A stretch of DNA of 64,000 nt from assembly GCA_963825165.1 (NCBI GenBank), contig CAWGRY010000006.1:396220-460219 (forward strand). The letters run 5' to 3'. Shown here piece after piece: positions 1 to 8,746 of this stretch. Made by a program: the position numbers and the translations under genes. The notes beneath the pieces are model-generated. The model searched no databases. It had not been told where the DNA came from and saw nothing but the letters and a program-made list of their open reading frames with translations. Position 1 is the first letter of the stretch; each line of letters opens with the position of its first letter. Source of the DNA: an uncultured Bacteroidales bacterium (GTDB taxonomy: Bacteria > Bacteroidota > Bacteroidia > Bacteroidales > VadinHA17).

Positions 1-116
1 GCATCCACAGCATTCTCAGCCAGCTCCTTCACCACAGAGGCGGGTCGTTGTATCACCTCACCGGCAGCTATCTGGTTGGCAACGGAGTCAGGAAGGAGCC
101 TTATAATATCACTCAT
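1..116 (-). CDS. mutL: DNA mismatch repair protein MutL, first 38 codons only (gene continues beyond the left edge)
   Basis: Reverse complement of 1-116 reads [39 protein letters not shown]. This is the canonical MutL N-terminus, including GHKL motif I (E-x-x-E-N-x-x-D-A). ATG at 116-114. Confidence 0.9.
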   Translation of the reverse strand, partial: MSDIIRLLPDSVANQIAAGEVIQRPASVVKELAENAVD

Positions 117-125
117 CGGCAGCAA

Positions 126-497
126 TCAATAACGCAGGTAAATATATATCACAAAAGCAAGAATAATTAATATCACAATAAGCCGTATCATGTTCTGTTT
201 CTGCACGCGTTCCCTGTTACGGGGAAAATAGTTCTTGATGGAGCCGCGTACGATCTTTGATCTGTACGGTTTGTTTCCTGTGCTTTCCGCTCTATTCTCT
301 CCGCTCTCTGCTTTACGTTCTCCGCTCTCTGCTTTACGTTCTCCGTTCTCTGCTCTGCCCTCTCCGCTCTGTTCTGATGGCTCTAATCCTCGCGCCATGC
401 GCTTCTGCTCCCACTCCTCCTTCTGCGGATCGTAATAGCGGGGAACATAATTGAACCTGCGCGGTTTGGTCTGCTTAAAAAAGCTTGGTATTGCCAT
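126..497 (-). CDS. small tail-anchored membrane protein with ERKAESG-type heptad repeats, function unknown
   Basis: ORF track 126..521. The ATG at 497 gives MAIPSFFKQTKPRRF. There is a C-terminal hydrophobic helix (LIVILIILAFVIYIYL). The stop lies 10 nt upstream of the mutL ATG, so the two are probably co-transcribed. Confidence 0.6.
   Translation of the reverse strand: MAIPSFFKQTKPRRFNYVPRYYDPQKEEWEQKRMARGLEPSEQSGEGRAENGERKAESGERKAESGENRAESTGNKPYRSKIVRGSIKNYFPRNRERVQKQNMIRLIVILIILAFVIYIYLRY
277..376. repeat. 21-nt tandem repeat (about 4.5 copies, two perfect) inside the 126..497 CDS
   Basis: tctccgctctctgctttacgt occurs at 298-318 and 319-339, with degenerate copies on both sides. It encodes GERKAES/GENRAES heptads on the minus strand. 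Confidence 0.85.
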
Positions 498-536
498 GGT
501 ATGATTTGTGCAAAAATACAAAGAAAACCCCGAACG

Positions 537-592
537 AGAAACCCTGAACCCTGTACCCGGAACAAGGAACCCGGAACCCGGAACCCGGAACC
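537..592. repeat. heptanucleotide tandem repeat GGAACCC (about 4 good plus 3-4 degenerate copies) in a divergent intergenic region
   Basis: ggaaccc ggaaccc ggaaccc ggaacc at 566-592, preceded by gaaaccct/gaaccct/gtaccc variants. It lies between the start codons at 497 (-) and 654 (+). Confidence 0.85.
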
Positions 593-653
593 TTGCCTCA
601 AGCGTACAACTCTTTCCACTTTTTCTTAACTTTGAATTTTTAAAACCTTACCA

Positions 654-1202
654 ATGAAGATCCTAGTAACCTATTCGGGTAGTGGGGGGCTGACAGCCGG
701 GGTGGCTGAGCGGATTGGAAAGGTCTTATCCGGACTTGGGGAGAAGGTGACTGTTCTTCCCATGAGCGGCGTGACAACTTTGATAGGGTATAAGGCTGTT
801 GTTGCCGGCAGCATCGAGCAGGCTGGCCACTGGACGCCTGAAGCGCTGGATTTTGTCAGGAGATATCAGGGGGTGTTCTGGACCACAAGGCTTGCCATCT
901 TCACTGTTTGTCCATCACTCGGATCGGACAAGGGAGCTGAATCACACATGGTTGTGATGCAGTACACCGCTCCTGTAAGGGCCATGGCACATCCCGTCAG
1001 CGAAGGATTCTTCTCGGACGAATTTGAGCCTAAGAAAGATACCAAACCAGGTGAGAGGTCAAAGTTCAAACTCAGCATTCTGCTGGGTCTGTTAAAGGAG
1101 GGTGACCATCGTAACCAGGCGGCGATAGAAACATGGGCCACAAAATTGCACGAAAAACTGGCTCAGGGCCCGGAGAATAAAGCCAGGAGCAGGAAAAAAT
1201 AG
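654..1202 (+). CDS. flavodoxin-domain protein (flavodoxin_5/HemG-like)
   Basis: 182-aa ORF. The N-terminus MKILVTYSGSGGLTAGVAERIG is the flavodoxin-like phosphate-binding loop pattern. ATG at 654. Confidence 0.6.
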   Translation: MKILVTYSGSGGLTAGVAERIGKVLSGLGEKVTVLPMSGVTTLIGYKAVVAGSIEQAGHWTPEALDFVRRYQGVFWTTRLAIFTVCPSLGSDKGAESHMVVMQYTAPVRAMAHPVSEGFFSDEFEPKKDTKPGERSKFKLSILLGLLKEGDHRNQAAIETWATKLHEKLAQGPENKARSRKK

Positions 1203-1204
1203 TC

Positions 1205-1645
1205 TTATTTCACCTTCGCATACTTTTCGGAGGTATAGTTAGTCTTGTCAATGTCACCGTTCTCGTCTGCCGGCCATACCTGCACCAGGGTATCGTTTTC
1301 GACAACGATCCTCATCCTGAGTGTCTGACCAAGATAATCTTTTGTAACATGATACATGATGGTCTCCTTGTACACGACCCCCTCCAGAGTATATGAGCCG
1401 CCACCATAGTTATCCGTAAAAACCGTATCCTGCTTGTATTGTCCGACGAACATCCAGTAATTGTCAGACCACATCTTGACCTGGCTTCCCCCGTAGTCAG
1501 CCGGGAAAGTACCGATGATAGAATCATTTACTACCTGTTTTCTATAAATAAGCTGCCATGCACCCGCAACAGGGTTAACAGGTTTCTGCTGGCAACCGGC
1601 AAGGATTGCCAGGAACAGAGCGCTAAGGAGGATTGTCTTTTTCAT
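1205..1645 (-). CDS. lipocalin-like-domain lipoprotein, function unknown
   Basis: The ORF track entry begins with TTG at 1708. The internal ATG at 1645 gives MKKTILLSALFLAILAGCQQ, a signal peptide plus lipobox Cys. The rest is beta-rich sequence. Confidence 0.7.
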   Translation of the reverse strand: MKKTILLSALFLAILAGCQQKPVNPVAGAWQLIYRKQVVNDSIIGTFPADYGGSQVKMWSDNYWMFVGQYKQDTVFTDNYGGGSYTLEGVVYKETIMYHVTKDYLGQTLRMRIVVENDTLVQVWPADENGDIDKTNYTSEKYAKVK

Positions 1646-1858
1646 AGGCTTATGTCTTAATGATTTAGTGGTTCCCTTAAGTATATGTAAATTTACGCCG
1701 GTAATCAATGCAAGTCAAGTTTATTTACCCCCGTGCCAATTACTTTTAATAAATTTGTATAGATGTGACTTTTTTTGAAAAAACTTAAATAGTAAAAAAT
1801 GAGAAAAATTGACACGGCAACAACTGCCGGTTGCCTGACTACAGCAGGCCGCGGAGGC

Positions 1859-3663
1859 ATGACATGCCTTAGAACTTTTGCATTATTAATTATGCTGACC
1901 CTCCTTGCAGGGTTCAGCCGGACGGCGGCCGGACAGACGACCGACATCGATAAGAAACTGAAGGGGTTTGACCAGTATATGGAGAAGACTCTGAAAGACT
2001 GGAACACTCCCGGTGCATGTGTCGGTATTGTGGTAAAGGACAAACTGGTCTTTGCAAAAGGTTACGGCTACAGGGATTACGGGAAGAAGCTGCCTGTGAC
2101 ACCGAACACTCTTTACCAGATCGCTTCAAACACGAAGCTCTTCACTACAGTGGCTGCAGGACTGCTTGTCGAAGAAGGCAGGCTGGAGTGGGACAAGCCA
2201 GTGAAAGAATTTGTCCCAACAATAAAGTTTTACAACAGCGACCTTGACAATTCGGTCACTCTGCGTGATATGCTTGCACACCGGACTGGCATCTCGAGGC
2301 ACGACCTGATCTGGTATAAATCTGACTTTTCCCGGAAGGATCTTTTTGAACGGCTGAAATATCTTGAGCCCAGCCAGCCCATCCGTACCGGTTTTCTTTA
2401 TAATAATCTGATGTACGTCTCCGCCGGGTACATTATTGAGCTTCAGAGCGGCAAGACATGGGAAGAGTTTGTCCAGGAGAAGATATTTGACCCGCTGAAT
2501 ATGGAGAGGACATTCTTTACGGTCAGGAGATGATCGCTGATCCTGACCACGGTGTGCCTTACAATGAAAAACGGGATACGACTATTCTCTATGAGATCCC
2601 GATCTACGAGGATAAGGCGGCTGTCGGTCCTGCCGGATCGATCATCTCAAACATCAATGACATGTCAAAGTGGCTTATCGCTCTCATGAACGGCGGGAAG
2701 TACGAAGGGAAGCAGGTGATACCCGAGGCAGTCCTGAAAGCTTCGCTGGCGCCCTCGATCGCGTTGCCCAACTCCGGGCTTGAAAACAAGGGGTATAAAG
2801 AAATGCTTAATTCTGTTTACGGCATGGGGAGACAGACAGTGTCGTACCGGGGGCATTTGCTGGCTTTTCATGGAGGCGACCTCCCCGGGTTTCACTCGCA
2901 GTTCTCGATGATGCCTACAGACAGTATTGGTGTGATCGTGTTTGTCATCGGAGACCAGAGCCAGCCGTTGTATAACACTATTACCTACAATGTTTATGAG
3001 AGGCTGCTGGGTATGGATCTTACGCCGTGGAGTGAGAGAAATCTTGCTGACCGCGACAAGGGCAAGGCGGTTGGCAGAGAAGGAAGGAGCAAGGCTGGTG
3101 AGGACAGGGTTATAGGTGCCGGGCCATCGCATAAGCTTGCTGATTATGCAGGTGAGTTTGAGCATCCTGCTTACGGAATCATGAAGATCAATCTTAAGGA
3201 GAAAGATTCTTTGCAGCTTGATTTTCACAATATAGTACTTCCTCTCTGGCACTATCATTACGACCGTTTTGATACGCCAAATGATGAGGAGTACGGTTTA
3301 TGGTCGCTGAATTTCATGACCAATCCGGCAGGTGAGGTCAGCAGCCTGGTTGTTTCGGTTGATGAGGGGCAGGTTACTTTTACGCGCAGGGCTGATCCCG
3401 GTCTGAGTGACCCCGCTGTTTTGCAGGCCTATGAAGGCAAGTATCTCATGGGAGGGGCGACGTTCAGTGTGGAGGTAACCGGCAATGAGATCTTCATTGT
3501 TGCACCTGGCAGCCCGCGTATAAAGCTTATACCTGTAAGTAAAGACATTTTCAGGATAGAGCAATTTGCTGACGTCAGTATCATTTTTGTGCGTGAGAAT
3601 GATGTAATCAAAGGGCTGAAGCAGAAGGATCCGTCAGGTGAATATTCGGCAACAAAGCAATAG
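1859..3663 (+). pseudogene. beta-lactamase-fold (class C / PBP-like) serine hydrolase with a C-terminal Pab87/DUF3471-like domain, interrupted by a 1-nt frameshift near 2524-2530
   Basis: ORFs 1799..2533 and 2530..3663 are adjacent halves of one protein in different frames. The first half carries the S-x-x-K motif (ASNTK). Restoring one base (gtc[c]aggagatg) would read ...FFTVQEMIADPDHGVPY. The signal peptide starts at M21 (1859). Confidence 0.75.
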
Positions 3664-3677
3664 CTGATTGCATGATA

Positions 3678-3709
3678 CAGGGCCACGTCACAGCGTGGCC
3701 CTGTTTTTT
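3678..3709 (+). terminator. rho-independent terminator after the hydrolase gene
   Basis: Perfect 10-bp stem cagggccacg / cgtggccctg with a 6-nt loop, followed by tttttt. Confidence 0.85.
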
Positions 3710-3771
3710 GAATAAGCTGTCCGGCTACGTATCAGAATATTGAATTTTAAACCATTCGGAATGATTGATGT

Positions 3772-3810
3772 GATAAAAATAAGAGGCTGCCCTTCCCGGA
3801 GGCAGCCTCT
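3772..3810 (-). terminator. rho-independent terminator for the 3862..4827 gene
   Basis: 10-bp stem agaggctgcc / ggcagcctct (3782-3791 / 3801-3810). On the minus strand it is followed by tatttttat. Confidence 0.7.
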
Positions 3811-3861
3811 CATGTATACACTTTCTTACAGGACTGATATTTCCTGTATTATTCAATTAAA

Positions 3862-4827
3862 CTAGAAAGGCATCTCAAAGGTAATTGATGAAACCGGTGT
3901 GATTACACCTGTTTTATATGGGAATCCGGTATAGTACGAAAGATTGTATTGCTCGAGTGTACCTACAAAAAGGTAGGCATCTGTAAAGAGCAGCTCAGTT
4001 CTGTCGGCATTATCCACGGTTACCTCCAGAAGTCCATCGTCATCAATATCCGATATTAAAAGGTTTCCAACCGGTTTTGTGAGATCAGCAGATACAGGGT
4101 TTGTGTATGCAGTGAAATATATCTTGTAACCCTTGTGATCAGGTATAAAGTCATAATATCCGACAAAGGAGATATTCCCAGGTCCTCCGCTGGTGCATGC
4201 CCAATCCTGTGTCAGATAACTCTTGAAAGCTATCACCAGTTTACATTCAACGAAACAGAATGACAGGTTGCTGAGACCGGCCGGTTTACCGCTCGCATTC
4301 ACAGGAGCTGACAGGCCGCTGTCGCCCAGTGTTCCATCAGGATAAAAATACACATTGGCAGCGTTTGAGCCTTTGACAATGACAGCACCCACACGGTAAA
4401 ACTTATCTCCGATGCGGATGTATTGTCCCGCTTCAAAAGAAACATATTTGCCGTCAGTGCTAACATTAAGTCCTTCAGGAAACTGACCCTTAAAGCTGCC
4501 TTCTGAATAGTCAATCTTTTCACCGCAGAAATCAAAATAGGAAGCATCATTCATGAATGCCAATCCAACCTCTGCGCAAGTTCTGTTTCCGCCATTGTTA
4601 GCTCCGGCGATAATCTGGGGAGTAACGCTGCTGGTGTTACTGCTGGTGCTGTTACTATTGCTGCTATTATTACTGTTGTTGTCATTGCTGGTGGCAGCAG
4701 TACCACCGGAGTTTTGACCTGAAGCAGTTGCACCTTTTGTTGTGACAGGCGTGAGGTCATCCTTTTGACAGGAAACCAGTGCGATGCCTATAAACAGGCA
4801 CACAATCAGGTAATTCAATTTTCCCAT
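3862..4827 (-). CDS. surface lipoprotein with an Asn/Ser-rich linker, function unknown
   Basis: MGKLNYLIVCLFIGIALVSCQKDD is a signal peptide plus lipobox. C-Q-K-D-D resembles the Bacteroidota lipoprotein surface-export signal. A low-complexity SNDNNSNNSSNSNSTSSNTSS linker is followed by a beta-rich domain. Confidence 0.75.
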   Translation of the reverse strand: MGKLNYLIVCLFIGIALVSCQKDDLTPVTTKGATASGQNSGGTAATSNDNNSNNSSNSNSTSSNTSSVTPQIIAGANNGGNRTCAEVGLAFMNDASYFDFCGEKIDYSEGSFKGQFPEGLNVSTDGKYVSFEAGQYIRIGDKFYRVGAVIVKGSNAANVYFYPDGTLGDSGLSAPVNASGKPAGLSNLSFCFVECKLVIAFKSYLTQDWACTSGGPGNISFVGYYDFIPDHKGYKIYFTAYTNPVSADLTKPVGNLLISDIDDDGLLEVTVDNADRTELLFTDAYLFVGTLEQYNLSYYTGFPYKTGVITPVSSITFEMPF

Positions 4828-5320
4828 GTCAGCTTTTATTAGTTAATATTTCATTCCAAAATATTGACTAAAGCTAATTTGAGAAAATGAAGATTTGATG
4901 AATTTACAATCGATCGCTTGAAGTTTGCCATTAAACAGTATAAAGAAAGGTTATTTCACCGTAGTTATCATTAAGCATAATGACGTCGGGAGGGGACCTT
5001 AAATAAACGGCTCCTGAAACTTATTTTCAGGGTCGTTTCGCTCTAATAACCGGTGAGTGAAAGATTATAAAAATTCCCTTGATAAAAAAAACAAATCAAT
5101 AAAAAATAGATATACAACGAATAGTTTCACTGAAAAATGCATAATGCCTGAAATAATAAATTAATAATGAAGAAAAACCATATATACTATTTGAACGAGA
5201 TCGCTTAAAATTTGTTTTATCTCATTAAATCTTTTTTGCAACCGTGAAACTCTGCTCCGGCTATACATGACATAAGAAAAAAGGATTATAAAATGTACAG
5301 AAACTTAAAAACAAGGAGCA

Positions 5321-7222
5321 ATGAAAAAGCTAATGAATTATTTGGTTCTGGCATGTTTCATTGTCGGGATTGGGGTCCAGGATGGATGCAAAAAAGAACC
5401 TGATCCGATAAGCATGCCTGCCGTGTCCACGGCTTCCGTAGAAGTGACATTAAATACAGCAGTCGTGGAAGGTGTGGTGATTTCTGAAGGTGGTGCTGAA
5501 GTAACAGCCCGTGGTGTATGTTGGAGTACGAGTCATAAACCGACGATATCTTACCTCAAGACTGAAGATGGTGTTGGTTCAGGTGCTTTTTTCAGTAATC
5601 TGAACGACTTGCTTCCAAATACTACTTATTATGTCCGGGCCTACGCCACAAACATCGAAGGGACAAGTTATGGCAATGAGGTTACATTCTCCACAGGACC
5701 GGCTTCACTTGCAACTCTGACAACTTCTGCAGTTGTTTCAATCACAGCAACAACTGCTGTTTCAGGTGGTAATATTACCAACGGAGGTGATCAGGCCACT
5801 ACCAGGGGTGTTTGCTGGAGTATTGTCCAGAATCCCACCACGGCTGACAAGATGACTATTGATGGAATTGGTTCAGGTGTTTTTACCAGTATTTTGACCG
5901 GCTTAAGACCAAACACCACGTATTATATCCGTGCTTATGCTACTAACAGTGCGGGTACAAACTATGGCAATGAGATTACTTTCATTACAAGCCCGGGAAT
6001 TCCTCCAACCCTGACAACTTTATTTGTTGAAGCGACGACAATAACAGCAGTTGTCGGTGGTAATATTACTGACATTGGCGATGCGGGTGAGATCATTGGC
6101 AGGGGTGTTTGCTGGAGTACATCTCAATTGCCGACAATAGATAATGAAAATTTGTCTAATGGATCGGGATCGGGCAGCTTTACAATTAATCTTACTTTTC
6201 TAAGTCCCAATACAACCTATTACGTAAGAGCCTATGCGATTAATGGTATAGACATATTTTATGGCGATCAGATCAGCTTCACAACTTCTTTTGCCGAGGG
6301 TAATGGGATACAAAAAGCTAACTACCCAGGGGGGACAAGATACGAAGCAATCGGCTTTTCTATAGGCACAAAAGTATATTTAGGATTGGGAATTGATGGT
6401 GGTGACTTTGCCGTGAGAGATTTTTGGGAATGGGATCAGGCAACTAATCTTTGGACAAGGTTAGCCGACTTTCCGGGAAACCCACGAGCTTACCCTGTTG
6501 GATATGCAATCGGTACAAAAGGATACATATTAACCGAAAGTTATGTGAGCAGTGACAATGATCTTTCAAGTGAATTCTGGGAATATGATCCTGCAACAAA
6601 TATATGGACTCAGAAAGCATCTCCCCCAACCACACCTGCAAGAGCTTATGCTGTAGGCTTTTCAATTGGCACAAAAGGCTATATCGGGCTTGGAATCAAA
6701 GATCAGTTCCCGGGCGGAGGAAGCACAATCGAGTACTATCAGGATTTTTGGGAATGGGATCAGACGACTAATGTATGGACAAGGATAGCCGACTTCCCTG
6801 GAAATTCCCGGGCAGGAGGTATTGGCTTTTCAATCGGGAACAAAGGGTACATTGGAACAGGAAGTGATGGCACCTCTTATACAAAGGATTTCTGGGAATG
6901 GGATCAGGCAACTAATGTATGGACAAAGAAAGCCGACTTTGGAGGAGCTCCGCGAGCTTACGCTGTGGGTTTTTCTATAGGGAACCAGGGATACATCGGC
7001 ACAGGTTATAATGGTAATCCAACCTCATATTTATATCAGGATTTTTGGGAATGGGACCAGGCAACCGATGCATGGACAAGGATTGCTGACTTTATTGGGG
7101 GTCCTCGATCAGGAGCTGTTGGTGTATCAGCAGGGAACAAAGGATACATAGGAACCGGAATGGGTGGTAGTATCATTTATGCTTTTCAGGATTTTTGGGA
7201 ATATGACCAGAATCTTAAGTAA
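5321..7222 (+). CDS. lipoprotein with three Ig/FN3-like repeats followed by a six-bladed Kelch-like beta-propeller
   Basis: The signal/lipobox reads ...GVQDGCKKEP. Three ~95-aa repeats each contain RGVCWS...PNTTYY(V/I)RAYA(T/I)N..G..YG. These are followed by six (D/E)FWE(W/Y)D..T..WT...(A)DFPG..R...(V)GFSIG.KGYIG.G units. Confidence 0.85.
   Translation: MKKLMNYLVLACFIVGIGVQDGCKKEPDPISMPAVSTASVEVTLNTAVVEGVVISEGGAEVTARGVCWSTSHKPTISYLKTEDGVGSGAFFSNLNDLLPNTTYYVRAYATNIEGTSYGNEVTFSTGPASLATLTTSAVVSITATTAVSGGNITNGGDQATTRGVCWSIVQNPTTADKMTIDGIGSGVFTSILTGLRPNTTYYIRAYATNSAGTNYGNEITFITSPGIPPTLTTLFVEATTITAVVGGNITDIGDAGEIIGRGVCWSTSQLPTIDNENLSNGSGSGSFTINLTFLSPNTTYYVRAYAINGIDIFYGDQISFTTSFAEGNGIQKANYPGGTRYEAIGFSIGTKVYLGLGIDGGDFAVRDFWEWDQATNLWTRLADFPGNPRAYPVGYAIGTKGYILTESYVSSDNDLSSEFWEYDPATNIWTQKASPPTTPARAYAVGFSIGTKGYIGLGIKDQFPGGGSTIEYYQDFWEWDQTTNVWTRIADFPGNSRAGGIGFSIGNKGYIGTGSDGTSYTKDFWEWDQATNVWTKKADFGGAPRAYAVGFSIGNQGYIGTGYNGNPTSYLYQDFWEWDQATDAWTRIADFIGGPRSGAVGVSAGNKGYIGTGMGGSIIYAFQDFWEYDQNLK
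6418..7219 (+). repeat. intragenic DNA repeats encoding the propeller blades (unit about 150 nt)
   Basis: gatttttgggaatgggatcaggcaac(t/c)(a/g)at recurs near 6418, 6743, 6890 and 7042, with variants at 6577 and 7190. Confidence 0.8.
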
Positions 7223-7296
7223 TCAAGACGTTAGCGATATAGCCCAGGAAAACATTTGATTTAATCCCACGTCAAATTCAATTTGTTGTGGCATAG

Positions 7297-7335
7297 GACA
7301 GCCCTCGGACCTCAAGCCGGAGGGCTGTCTTGTCG
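7297..7335 (+). terminator. probable terminator after the propeller lipoprotein gene
   Basis: 10-bp stem gacagccctc / gagggctgtc (7297-7306 / 7320-7329), followed by the weak U-tract ttgtcgtt. Confidence 0.5.
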
Positions 7336-7589
7336 TTGAACGTTGGATTAATTGAAGTATTTCCTGCATCTGATCCGGGACAGAATGCTGTTGAGTGGGA
7401 CTAGTCAGGCGCAAACTTCCGCCCCCAAGGTCCTTCTGTTTTTATCAGACGCCTTATATTGACATTACCGTCCGGAATCTCACTTTTTGTATGATTTTTT
7501 TTGCTGTAGCAAAATAAATATTGAAAAATTATTGACTTTTTAATATTTAGGGTTTAATTTTGAGATGCTGCATTTCTAAAATTTATTAC

Positions 7590-7826
7590 ATGTCGTTGGT
7601 CAAGTACATTGCTAGACTACAGCGGATGAATTCTCTCATTGCTATGAGAGCCACGGATCCGCCAGATGAATTTGCCTGCAAAATGAATCTTAGCAGAAGC
7701 ACCCTTTTCGAAACTCTGCAGGAGATGAAAGACGAAGGTTTGAAATCAAGCACCCAAATAATCGAGAACAGAAACATAATATATTTTGAGATTCTCCTAC
7801 TGATTTCTTTTCATTTTGGCTTATAG
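7590..7826 (+). CDS. small HTH-domain DNA-binding protein
   Basis: The ATG at 7590 gives MSLVKYIARLQRMNSLIAMRATDPPDEFACKMNLSRSTLFETLQEMKDEG, a helix-turn-helix pattern. The ORF track entry starts at an upstream TTG (7560). The C-terminal 25 aa look atypical. Confidence 0.6.
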   Translation: MSLVKYIARLQRMNSLIAMRATDPPDEFACKMNLSRSTLFETLQEMKDEGLKSSTQIIENRNIIYFEILLLISFHFGL

Positions 7827-7910
7827 TATTAACGGTATTTCTTGATTATGAATATAATAAAGGTATTAGATAAGTTTTCTTTTAATGTATTAACTTAAAA
7901 AATTAAAGAA

Positions 7911-8735
7911 ATGAAAAAGATTATCTTCCGTTATCCGTTAGGACTAGCATTTTCGATCCTAATTGTTACCATTTGCCTTTCTTCTTGTAAGAAGTCATTG
8001 AATGATTCTTTCGAAGAAACTATTGCAAAATATGCTGTAGTAGGAACTTACCATGAGGAGGGGCTAAATTACATATTGGATGATTTAAAAGAGCATCATT
8101 CAAAAACGTATTCTAAACTAAATTTGCCTGAAATGATGGGCATTATTGAGTCCTCCAGTGCGGATTTTACAGCAAATTCATTGGATATTCAGGAAGAATC
8201 AGTTTGGCAAATTAAGGAACTCGTCAAATCGATAAATATAGAGAACGCAAAGCTTATCGAAAATCCAAGTATAATAAATATGGTAGAAGATGAAGTGTTA
8301 TTAACAATTAAACAAACCAAATATCTATCAGATCTAGATGGAATTATTTCATGTGTCAGTTTGGGCATTGATCAGTGCGTCAAATCCATTGAGAGACTTG
8401 AACTTGAGATCTGCCAAAACTGTCAATCAAATGAATTGCCACTTCTCCTTTGTGCGACTTCAGTTGGTAAAAGTTCTATTGTCTATTGGTATAAGAATTA
8501 TTATATTTGGGAAGATGGATTAGTGCAGAATGAGACCAAAACAGCAAAAGATCGTGAATGGTTCTGGTCAGCCTTGAATAGGATGGGGAAGGCAGATATT
8601 GCTGGCGGATTATTGGGTGGAGCATTTGGCGCATTAGCTGGTGGAGTTGGGGCAATTCCTGGAGCGATAGCTGGAGCATGCCAATCTTCAGGAACATGCG
8701 GAGTTGTCGTATTATATGAACATTTGGCTAATTAA
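7911..8735 (+). CDS. lipoprotein with a Cys-rich helical region and a C-terminal glycine-zipper (GxxxG array) segment
   Basis: MKKIIFRYPLGLAFSILIVTICLSSCKK contains the lipobox. The C-terminus reads GKADIAGGLLGGAFGALAGGVGAIPGAIAGACQSSGTCG, with 13 Gly in 39 aa and GxxxG in register. Confidence 0.75.
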   Translation: MKKIIFRYPLGLAFSILIVTICLSSCKKSLNDSFEETIAKYAVVGTYHEEGLNYILDDLKEHHSKTYSKLNLPEMMGIIESSSADFTANSLDIQEESVWQIKELVKSINIENAKLIENPSIINMVEDEVLLTIKQTKYLSDLDGIISCVSLGIDQCVKSIERLELEICQNCQSNELPLLLCATSVGKSSIVYWYKNYYIWEDGLVQNETKTAKDREWFWSALNRMGKADIAGGLLGGAFGALAGGVGAIPGAIAGACQSSGTCGVVVLYEHLAN

Positions 8736-8746
8736 ATATAAAGCGG

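Noticed and set aside
537-592. Short tandem repeats considered as a possible CRISPR array (also 34948-35037)
   Set aside because: The units are 7-8 nt and contiguous, with no spacers, and there are no cas genes in the window. These are simple microsatellite-like arrays.
235-619. Several 65-78-aa ORFs (235..435, 257..454, 383..619) over the repeat regions
   Set aside because: They are simply alternative-frame translations of the 21-nt and 7-nt tandem repeats, giving periodic LRS/PLS or GSGF peptides. The minus-strand 126..497 frame, with its TM anchor, is the only plausible gene.
2604-3258. 61-aa and 197-aa ORFs antisense to the serine hydrolase 3' half
   Set aside because: They are shadow ORFs inside a well-supported coding region.
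7223-7414. 63-aa minus-strand ORF just downstream of the propeller lipoprotein gene
   Set aside because: It spans the terminator hairpin of the upstream gene. It has no start context or motifs, and its composition is typical of non-coding sequence.
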